Under the pieces are notes generated by a model. It worked only from the letters and a program-made list of their open reading frames with translations. It was not told the origin of the DNA and did no database searches. A stretch of 64,000 nt of DNA, from NCBI GenBank assembly GCA_964270895.1, contig OZ185440.1; one strand, given 5' to 3'. A program made the position numbers and the translations under genes. The stretch is from Podarcis filfolensis. Its lineage: Eukaryota. Shown one piece after another: positions 12,520 to 22,310 of the stretch; positions within the stretch are counted from its first letter, which is position 1, and the number at the start of each line of letters is the position of its first letter.

Positions 12520-15250
12520 TCACCCTGGCTGCCCGGGATGAATAGGGATCCTCAAAGAGCGCCCACATCCGGGGCTGCCAGCTGCGGCAACAGCCTCCTG
12601 CTCCCGTGGCCCCCGGTGGCCTGTCGTCCATGCCCAGGCGCTGCAGAGACATTTCCGGGGCTCCTTCCTCCTCGTTCTCCTCGCCAGCCCCGCCAGCCCC
12701 GGGCTCCGGGCTCTCGAAGATATCCAAGGCTTCCTCGGCATCGCGGTGCTGCCGGTAGGTCATCCAGCAGCAAGGCTCCACGTCGGTCTCGTCGATGCCC
12801 CAGTAGGTGAGCTCCTCTTCGAAGAGGGGGCCGCAGATGTCGGCGGGGCAGTGCAGCTTGCCCGTCCGGTAGTAGTTCAGCACGTAGGAGAAGATGCCTG
12901 GGTGGCGGTCGAAGAAGAACTCCTTGCTCTGCCCGTCGAAGTCGAAGTTGCTCTGGGCGTCCGGGTCGGCCAGCCAGGCCAGGCGGGTGCCTGGCAGGGT
13001 GCGCAGGGTGCTCTTGTACGTCTCATGCCGGGTGCCCCCCACGTTGATAGTGATCTTGTCCGACTCTTCGCCTTTGGCCATCTCTTCCTTCAGGCATGTT
13101 TTGGACGGTGGCTTGTTCCCGGATTTGCGCCCGCGGTAAGAGGAGACACACACCGAGCTGATCATAGATCAGGTTAGGTGGCCCGCAGGTGCCCTCGGAT
13201 GACCCTTCCCGTCCTGCAAGGAGCTGCGCTGGGCGGCTGGGCGATGGCGCGCGCTTTCGCTCTCTCCCAGGCAGGAGCGGTGGGTCTCAGAGGTGGGCCG
13301 GGACTGGCATTCAGCTCGGAGCAGGCACAGTCCTTCTCGAGAGGGAGAGCGTCTTTGTGTGCGCGCGTGTCTCTCTGTGTGTGCGTGCGTGGCCGTGGAG
13401 GAGGCCAGCGGGAAGTGTTCTGCTCCTCAGCCACCGAGCAGCAACAAGTGCCTCGACGGAGGGGGAGCCGAAGACCAGACACGGAAGGAAAGGGGCCTGG
13501 CTGGCGAGCCGGAGAGCTACAGGATTCGGCCCCCCCTGCCTTGAGGCAGAACTGGAAGCAGATGGCAACGGAACTGGTGCGCGCGTGTTTATCGAGGGCA
13601 CAGGAGTCTGGTAAAGAAAAACACCGTGTTAGGAACAAATCAGACGGATATTGCAGCAGCAGGAACAGGAGGAGGAGGAAATCATCTCCTCTCCTCTTTT
13701 CTCTCTTCTGGTCCTCAGCAGGTTGCTGAGTCTTCCCAAAGTGGAGAGGAGAGAGGGCTTGACTTGACTTTAAACTTTGAAAGAGCTCCAGTGTTGGATT
13801 CCCTCTCTCTGACACAGATCCGCCAACAACTCACTCCCGGGCTCTCGCCTTTCCTGCCGTCTTGGATTGCCGAGCTTCGCCTTGGCTCCCAGGCAGGTCA
13901 GACGCGCAATCAAGAAACAAACAAGCAAACCATGGACGTCTCCCGCGCTCGAGGAAGGAGCCGCCGCCGCTTATTTCCTAGACGTGAGCCTCCGGGCGAG
14001 GAAAGCCGAGCGAACCAGGCGCACCATCCGCCGCTGCTTCTGCTTGGCTGAGCTGGTTCCCCTCCAGCAACCCCCAGGGAAGGCGAGAGGGGGGCGCGGC
14101 GTCGGCGAGGTCCAAGCAAGGCTGAGGAGGAGAAGCCGCTTCAAGCTCCCGGCAAGACGCGCTTTCCGTCGTCGGTGGCCGTCGTCGGGTCCAGGTGGGG
14201 CTGCGCTTTCCTCACAGCTCCCGCCGAGAGAGACGGCGAAGGGTCTTGCCGGCCTTCAGGTGCGCCTGCGAAAGAACTGGAGGAAGCCGAGCCCGCTCCG
14301 AGCTGCCTCATGGTCGGATGGTGGGAGGGCGAGAGGGAGGGAGGGAGGAGGGAGGGAGGAAGCACCGCGCACCGCCTGGGCGACTTGGCCTCTTTCTTGC
14401 CACCCCTCCCCTCCGACAGGGCTGGGAGGGGCAGCCTGCAGGGAGAGGGGGGGCTGGTCACCAGGGGCAACTGGGGGGCCGCCCAGAAGTTGGGGGCGGG
14501 CGGAGAGGGGCCATGGACAGCTGCTGCCCGAGTTGCGCTCCCCGCGCCAGGCGCTCTGTTGCGCGATGCCCCGCGGCGTCGAGGCTCCACGGAAGAGCCG
14601 GAGCGCACAGCCTCCTCCTGGCCTTCGGAACGAGGCAGCCGACGGAGGCGGGAGCATTTCGCCCCTTTGTCCAGAGGGGGCGCTCTGCGGAGGGCAGCGC
14701 CAGCAGGACGGCTCCGGCGGCTCCGCAGCCAGTGGCTTCCCGCCGCCTGTTGCCCGGATACTGGGCGCTTCAATTCCCAGCCCGGCTCGGCTGGGCTCGT
14801 CTCCCTCGCCTCCCAGGAGCTGCGCGGGGAGAGATTAACCCCGTCGGTGCCGGCGCGCTTTGGCAGCTCCGGCGCCGGAGGGGGTGTGGACGGGGCGGGG
14901 CTGCCTGAGCTCTTCGGCGCGGCTTCCTCCTCCTCCGGAGGGGGGCAACTCGAGACGGGGAACAAGCTGCCCTCGGAAGGGAGGGGCGAGCTGATACGGA
15001 GAGTCCTCTTTGGGGTCCGAGTGTAAAGGAGCTGTCATGAGAGCGAAGCCATCCCAAAACCCCACCAGTGTAAATTTTCCGGCTTTCAGATTCAGAGGAG
15101 GAAGTTGGGGTCGTGAGAAAGAGGGGAAAGGGGGGTCGTCCTCCCCCCCCCAAAAAAATAATCATCCACAGCTTGTGGGTCACACAACGGCACCTTTCGG
15201 CGTCTCAGAGGAAGCACCTTCAACGTGGCGAACATCCTGCTTTGCCGCCC
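12520..15250. promoter_or_regulatory. CpG island covering the KCNC4 promoter, 5' leader and exon 1
   Basis: Very GC- and CpG-rich relative to CpG-depleted flanks, with GC-box-like GGGCGG elements. Boundaries approximate; TSS not determined. Confidence 0.85.
12524..13165 (-). CDS. KCNC4: Kv3.4 channel coding exon 1 (N-type inactivation ball and T1 domain), 642 nt / 214 aa
   Basis: Starts [33 protein letters not shown], the Kv3.4-type N-terminus (Kv3.3 begins MLSSVCVSSF). T1 carries the Shaw Zn motif H-X5-C-X20-CC. Donor AGG|GTGAGT at 12524/12523, phase 0. Adjacent to SLC6A17 as in mammals. Confidence 0.97.
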
Positions 15251-15324
15251 CCCAACTGGAGGTTCTGAGAATGGGGCATCCCAGCTTTCCACCCACAGCT
15301 CCCAGGATGGCACGTGAAAGCAAA

Positions 15325-15490
15325 GTCTAAGTGCCTAGAGGTCCCAGTTTCAATCCCTGGTCCATCTGGGTGGGGAGTTGGGAAAGTCTTCAGTCCGAAA
15401 TCCTAGAGATCCGTTAACCAAGCCGTGTAGACAAGGCTGTACTAGATGGATCAATAGTCTGACTCGGTTATAAGGCTGCTTCCTCTGTAT
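15325..15490 (+). mobile_element. tRNA-derived SINE (degenerate)
   Basis: B-box-like gtttcaatccctgg, body ending actagatggatcaatagtctgactcggttataaggctgcttcct, similar to the 53490 and 56970 copies. Confidence 0.55.
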
Positions 15491-17679
15491 CTGTGATACG
15501 GGGTCCCTCTGGATAAGCTGTTTATTGAACAGTCAGTCATATGCTTGTACAAAAATCATGGGGACGTTCGATTCTTTCTGGTCTTTCTTGCGAGTTTGTT
15601 CTGATTTGTTTGTGGGGCAGTTATAGGACAATGAGCATCCACCCTGATTTGCTTGCAGGGTGTTCCCACGTCTTCCTGTTAGTTAGTCATTCATTCATCC
15701 CATGCTTTTCAATGCATTTCCCAAACTGTAAAATAATAGTAATAACCGATTCGTTTTTAAAGATTTGTTGCACTATGAAACCCCTTTAATGCACTTCAGC
15801 TGTGCAAACTTAAAGTAGCAATGTGCACTTGAATCCCTCCCCCACAATAATGACAGTTTGGAGGCAGTATCAATCTTGTATGCAGAGCGCCCTTGGCCAA
15901 TTCACCAGTCTCTGTTCTTTTCAAGCCTGGAAGTTGGATATAGGGAAAGGGTGGGCAGACTTCAGGCTTGTGAGATCTACTTTGTTCTTCCAATAGAACC
16001 CCAAGATCTGACATCTAGAGTCAGGTGCAAAAGACAGACAGTTAGCATTAAAAGAATAGGGTGCCTCTGAGCACATTCTGAACCTAGGGATTCATTTCCA
16101 GAACCAGAAAAGAACTGAGCTCTCTGGCTTTCACACAACCCCACTCCACACCCCACCTGATTCAGCAGCTAAAATTAGGTGGAATGAATAGTTTTGTTCT
16201 GGCTGTAGTTAAACACTTGAAAGTCAGAACCTCTTGCCAATCTACTGCAAACCACCCAGAAATCTATCAGTAGATCCTGATCTGCCCACCCACGATATAG
16301 TTTTTAAGTGGGCATGTATTATCTACATAGCAAAGCAAAACTTTGATGCTGAAAAGGCCTTGTGCAGCTTAATCCTATTATGCAAAATTACTCAAGGGAA
16401 GCCCCATCGGACTCAGCAAAATTTGTTTCTAAGGTGACATGTTTGTTGAGCATTCATTCTGATTTGTTCACAGGAAGGTTAGACAGTGGCTGGCTATCTA
16501 ACGAGCATTTGTTCTGATTTGTTTTCAGGGAGGTTAAATACACTTTCCAGTATATTTCCCTGTCACTTCATTATTTGCATGTAGTCCAATCTTTGGGGAA
16601 GAGAAGTGGGTTTGTTGTGCAAACCAACCCCCAGTTAGCTGTGATCATGCAACCTGAGTTTGCCAGTACGTGTTTGAATCCCACTCAAAAATAGCAACAG
16701 TCTGGAAGCTCCCTAGGCCAATGTGCCTAGACTCTGATCCAACTGTAGCTGTTATTACCATTGACTGTTCCCCTGCTGGCAAGAATAAGAGTGTGTCTTC
16801 TCTTATATTATTTGTGTACCACTGTGTGTGTTGTTAATGTGGACTAGAAAAGCGTTTCCTCTATTTAAATCTAATGGGCACTTGAGTTGATGTAAGATTT
16901 ATAATTATGTGCAAGCTGCAGACATAGAGAAAAGAAAAATCACTTAAACCGAAAAATTCTATACACCAATTATGCTGGGTGGGGAGAGACGCACTGCTGC
17001 TACATTGGCAGAACAGCTGCTGCGCTCAGCTGGAGAAAACATGCAAAACACACACACACGCCATCCAAAAATGGTGTGAAAACAACAGGTGCCCCCATCC
17101 CTGCAAATACTGCCAAAACCCACCAATTAGGAACTTTGCTAGTGATGATGCCTGCATACAACCCACACAAAGAGAGGACCAATAAACTCACAATGATGGG
17201 GTACATCACTACATCCACAATGATGCCAGAGCATCCCCAATTCACCAGTCCCAGCAGCTCAGGCAGCCAGAGGCGGAGCAAGGCAGGTGTGGCCTGCCAC
17301 AGGGGCCATCCCTGAGGGGGGGTGACATTGCTGTGCTCGTGGTGGGTGGTGCACCCCCCCACACCCCCAGGATGCTTGCCCCACCCCCCTGTGACATTCG
17401 CCTCACCCCTGGGACGCTTGCCCCACCCCCGCGAGCAGCTAGCCCTGCCCCCTGGTGCACGCCGCTCCTGGTGCCAGAGCACCTAGCTCGGCCTCTGCAG
17501 GCAGCAATGACCCTCAACTGCCAGTCTCCAGGCAGGGAGACAGGAATGGGTTCAAATCCCCTTATGCTCCTCCCTGGCATAGGTTTGGAGGGCAGCACAC
17601 AAACAGGGAAGGAAGGAGAGGCCACATGACACAGTATCCACACAGTTACTTGGGCAGGATGCTGAGCACACACAGCCCT

Positions 17680-17930
17680 CATAAGAACCCCAGTTCTGCT
17701 GGGTCAGGCCAGAGTCCCATCTAGTCTAGCATTCTGTTGTTCCAGTGACCAACCAGATGCCTTTAGGAAACCTGCAAGCAGGGCACAAATGGAACAGCAC
17801 TCTCCCTACTTACCATCCCCTCCAACTGGTATTCTGATGCATACTGCATCTGACAGTGGAGGCAGAACATAACCATCATGGCTAGTAGCCACTGCTAGTC
17901 TTATGCTCCATTAATTTCTCAGACTCTATG
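17680..17930 (-). mobile_element. CR1 3' UTR fragment
   Basis: cataagaac tail and ggccagagtcccatctagtctagcattctg...catcatggctagtagcc; near-duplicate of the 18293 copy. Confidence 0.65.
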
Positions 17931-18292
17931 TTAAAGACATCTATGCTGGTGGCCTCCACTCCTCCTTGTGGGAGCAAATGCCATTGTTTAACTGTGTGCT
18001 GCATGAGTAAGTACTTTCTTTTCTCTATCCTGAATCTTTTCAACGTTCAGCTTCAATGGACACCACTGAGTATTATGAGAGAGGGAGAAAAACTTCTCTC
18101 TGCCTACTTGCTCCTAATGGTGCATAGTGGAAATTCTGCTTCATGTATAAAACTGAGCCTTTCTTCCAGGTAAATATCCCTCCCACCCACCCAACTAAGA
18201 CTTCTCTAGGAAGCCTTGCTTGAAATTCACAGTTTCATCTTTTAGAGATGATGAGTTTCAGAGATGGGGTAAATTCTCTAGAGTAAAACACA

Positions 18293-18510
18293 AGAACATA
18301 AGAGGAGCCTGCTGGAGCAGGCCAATGGCTATCCAGTCCAGCATCATGTTCTCACAGTGGCCAACCAGATGCTTGGGTGAAACCCACAAGCAGGATCTGA
18401 GCACAAGAGTCCTCTCCCCTCTTGCAGTTTTCAGCAACTGGTATTCAGAAGTATACTTCCTCCAGTTGTGGAAGCAGAGCATAGCAATTGTGGCTAGTAG
18501 CTTGCTGTTG
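18293..18510 (-). mobile_element. CR1 3' UTR fragment
   Basis: aagaacataagaggagcctgctggagcaggccaatggctatccagtccagc...gtggctagtagc, a common squamate CR1 3' end in reverse. Confidence 0.7.
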
Positions 18511-18684
18511 GATGTATTCGACATTATATTGCACCCAAAAAACTGTATATTTTGAGAGTTTTTCTGAAAATTGTAGTAATTCTAGCAATGTTATCAACAC
18601 AGATCTATCACCTTGTTGTTTTAAAGCAAATGGGTTTATTTCTGTGACATCTATGCATTAATTAATGCTCAGTCAAGTATAAAG

Positions 18685-18810
18685 TTGACCGGGGGTATAG
18701 GACCTGTGGTCCTCCAGATGTTGTGGGACTCCAGCCCCAGCAAGCATGGCCAATGGTCAAAGATGATGGGAGGTGGGGTTTATCATCTATAAGATTATAT
18801 TTGGATTTCC
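18685..18810. mobile_element. Degenerate hAT MITE, same superfamily as 20070
   Basis: Shared internal motifs cctccagatgttgtgggactcc...gatgatgggag; termini eroded. Confidence 0.5.
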
Positions 18811-20069
18811 CAGAGAGCCCTTTTTGCTTCTCCCCACTGAGTACCTACCTACTTAAGTGCAATTCCCTAGCCCAGATTGCCTCATACTTTGGGCTTATTT
18901 CCATCACCCAAAGAAAGTAGGGTGTTTTTTTCTTTTTTAAAAAGATTGTAATTAAGTCATAAAGAGCAGCTCAGAACTGTATTATGGGGGAAAGGTTCCG
19001 CTTAGTTCTGCCTGAGCCAAAGGAGCCTGGTAAATGGAGGGAATTAAATTAGCAGAGCAAGGACTAGCAATCCAGCCAGGCACAGTCTCTGCATTTAGAA
19101 CTGCAGTTATGCTCACTGTTTGCACATTTGGAATGATGCTCCATCAGCCAATGCTGTCTGCTGTTAAGGCTGCAGAGCTCAGCCCCAAAACTAAAGTAAG
19201 TGCCAGCCTGTAACACTGTTATCATTAAGGCAGAAATCTTTGGTATGATGAATGGATTAGGCATAGATTTTCTACCCCAAATACCATGGTGCACTAATTG
19301 GCTAATCTCTAGAAGCAGCAACAAAAAGATGAAACATTAAAAGGGAGCCGGTGTAATTGGGAAGATTCCAAAGTAAGTCTTTATCAAATTATCTCTCATT
19401 TCTGACTAATTATTAGTGGTGCTGCTCTGCTTTTTTGGGGCTGCCAAAGCATTGTACTCCGCTATCAACATAAAACAAGGATAATGCCTTGATAATTACC
19501 CTGTACCAAGGCAGCAGAGATTATGGACAGTCAGGGAAGTGGGGGGCGGATGAGGGATCCACTCCAACGTCAGGGTGATAGCAAGAACCAATACAGGTCC
19601 AGAGTAGGATTGGTTTTGCATGTATATGTGTGGGGTGAGGTTGAGGGGTTCACCCAAATTTGGGGTGTCATTGTGAGGGAGTTAATGATTATGGGGAGGA
19701 GTTTACAATTGTAGTGGGATGTTCCTCCTGCCTCTTTTGAACTGTTTTCTTCTTTTCGGTAAGATTTTAAAAGCTAGCAGCTTTGATAGTGTAGCAGCAA
19801 TGTTCTGATGACCACCCGTGTGCTATGGCAGCAGCCAGCGAAGGAGGCAATTTTAGACAAAGTTAAAGAAGAGCAGGAAGGAACTGGAAAGAAAAGAGCA
19901 GGAAGGATAAGAACTGCCCCCACTACAATTGCAAGCCCCCCCCCAAAAAAAAACTGTTTGGGAGGTATTTTAGGACTCAAATTGCAACCCCCTTCAAATG
20001 GAAAAAAGGCCTCTCCCCCATTCATCACCTGCAGATGGCGTGATGAATTGAGAGAGCAAGGGTTTAGAG

Positions 20070-20191
20070 CAGGCATAGGCAAACTCCGGCCCTTCAGATG
20101 TTTGGGACTACAGTTCCCATCATCCCTGACCACTGGGATGATGGGAATTGTAGTCCCAAACATCTAGAGGGCCAGAGTTTGCCTATGCCTG
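20070..20191. mobile_element. Non-autonomous hAT MITE, 122 bp, near-perfect palindrome
   Basis: Termini CAGGCATAGGCAAAC...GTTTGCCTATGCCTG with 57-bp arms (53/57 complementary). 8-bp TSD gtttagag/gtttaggg. Confidence 0.85.
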
Positions 20192-20235
20192 GTTTAGGGC
20201 TCACCCTTTTGCCCAGGAATAGAAGCACAAAGCTT

Positions 20236-20256
20236 TGCAGGACCATGGACAGATCA
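20236..20256 (+). promoter_or_regulatory. Possible RE1/NRSE motif upstream of KCNC4
   Basis: TGCAGGACCATGGACAGATCA, 15/21 to consensus; core ACC-AT-GGACAG intact. Confidence 0.4.
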
Positions 20257-21734
20257 CTGTGCGTGATGGAGTTCTAGCTCTGATTTATGCCTTCTATATC
20301 CTTTTAGGTCCAGCTCCATACCCACTCCGCTGGCTGAGAAGTCCTTAAAGAGACAGCCCTGGGCCTGGAAGCAAGTACCTTCCCTTTCCCCAGTTGACAT
20401 GTTCTGTTTGTCAGAAAGTAGGCAGTGAACACTAGTAAACAGTTCTCACCATGACCCACCCTCAAGGATGCTGAATTTTGGAATTGTGAAAGTCAATTGA
20501 GCTATGCTGGTTAACAGCTGTTGAGGCTAAGGCTATCTGTTCCTAAAGTAATGGGGTAATATCCTGAAATCCTTCAGAAACCACATCAGATTGTCACAGT
20601 AAAAAACATTTGGCTCTCTTCTGGTACACAATGTAGGGAGTCTATGCTTTTTGTGCCAAAGTAACAAAAATGCCAACGTATTGGAAAGGGAGGAAATCAA
20701 CAAGATTAGAGTAGCTTTGGCCAGTTCCCATGGAGCAGGGAGACATCTTGTGCTTATACCCACACCACAGTGGTGTCACTTCTTTCACCAATCCCAGGGA
20801 CGATTTCTGTAGAATCAATCAGAAATTAAATAAATCCCTGTTCTCGGCATTTTAAACCTAATAACATGACCACAATATGTTCCACAACAACTTGGCAGGA
20901 AAATGTTTTCCTGTGGCTTGACACTGTAAGTGATGGACGTGCATGCAGAAATCAGCCTGCGCACCTGGAGCCTAGACGTGTTTCCCTGGAGCAGTGGGGC
21001 AGTTAGGAAATTTTACATTCTGGAATCAGTGGCAACCCTACTTCCCATCATTGGGCATTGAACAGTGGCTTTTTATCAATTCGCATTTGACACCACTTGA
21101 TACATCCTCTTCAAGCAGTTGTCTTTGCCAGAGCAAGGATGCCCTTTACCTGTAGGAACATCTAGGACAGGCAGAAATGGGCTCTTACCTGGATATGCTG
21201 CTGGGACAGAAGAACTGTCAGTGCTAAGCTGCAATGTAGGCTGTGTGCTGGGCACATGTCCCCATTGTCATAATTTCCTTGGCTCCCTCTAAGTTTGGGC
21301 AGCATGTGAGTCCAGCAGCTCCTTTCCAGTTGGTGTGTACAGATCCTTCTTGTTGGTGGTGACCCATTTGTGGAATGCCCACCCTGGAGAGGTCTGCCTG
21401 TCTCCCTCATTATTGACTTGCAGGAGAAATCTAAAAACATACCTGCTTACCCAGGATGGGTAATAGATACTGGCCATGGCAACTATAACATTAATGACCG
21501 AGCGTATTGGTTTTTAATGTTTTTAGAAGTTCTAAATGTTTTTAAGTGCTTTTTGTTTTTTAAAGTTGTTTTTAAAGTGCTTTCTGTTTTGTTTTTTTAA
21601 AAAATGTTTTAAAGTGTTTTAAATGTGTTTTATTTTAAATTGTACTGTTTTTACCTCTTGATGCTTGCCACCCTGGGCTCCTGTGGGGCGAAGGGAGGGA
21701 TACAAAATTAATAATACAATTTGAGCATATTACA

Positions 21735-22310
21735 CCAATACTGGTCCGATTGCACTGGCTACCAATTAGTTTCTGGGCCCAATTCAAAGTGCTGGTTTTG
21801 ACCTAGAAAGCCTTAAATGGCTCAGAACTGCAATACCTCAAGGACCGCTTCTTTCCATATGAACCTACCTGGACCCTGAGATCATCCTCTGAGGCCCTCC
21901 TTCATGTGCCTCATCTTCAAGAGGTCCAGAGGGGGGCAACATGGGAATGGGCCTTCTCTGCAGTAGCTCCCCATCTGTGGAATGCCCTCCCCAGAGAAGT
22001 TCGCCTGCCATCTTCATTAAACACCTTGAGGCACCAGGCAAAAACATTCTTTTTTAACCAGGCCTTTGGTTGATCTGATTTACATCCTATGCCCTTTTAA
22101 AATGTGTTGGGGGGGCTATTGGGTTGTTGTTTTTATTTTTATTTTTTTGTTTTTTTGTTTTTTTATTTTTTATGTTTTTTATTATGTTTTTATTTTTATT
22201 ATGTATTTTGTGGTTTTATATCTTGATTTTAGTCTGTGAACCACCCTGAGACCCCCGAGTATAGGGCGGCATATAAATTCAATAAATAAATAAAGCAAAC
22301 AAACAAAAAT
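21735..22310 (+). mobile_element. L2-clade LINE 3' fragment
   Basis: LHWLPISFWAQFKVLVL motif of the L2 ORF2 C-terminus, then gggccttctctgcagtagctcccc, a T-rich 3' UTR and a gggcggcatataaat(aata)n tail. Confidence 0.75.

Noticed and set aside
14505-14530. CCATGGACAGC as an RE1 site
   Set aside because: Right half only; the left TCAGCACC half is absent.
13174-15330. Many long overlapping ORFs on both strands (e.g. 13867-14838, 323 aa; 14141-14965; 14175-15026)
   Set aside because: Stop-poor CpG-island sequence gives open frames in nearly all frames. The products are low-complexity R/G/P/A with no recognisable domain, and most lack ATG starts.
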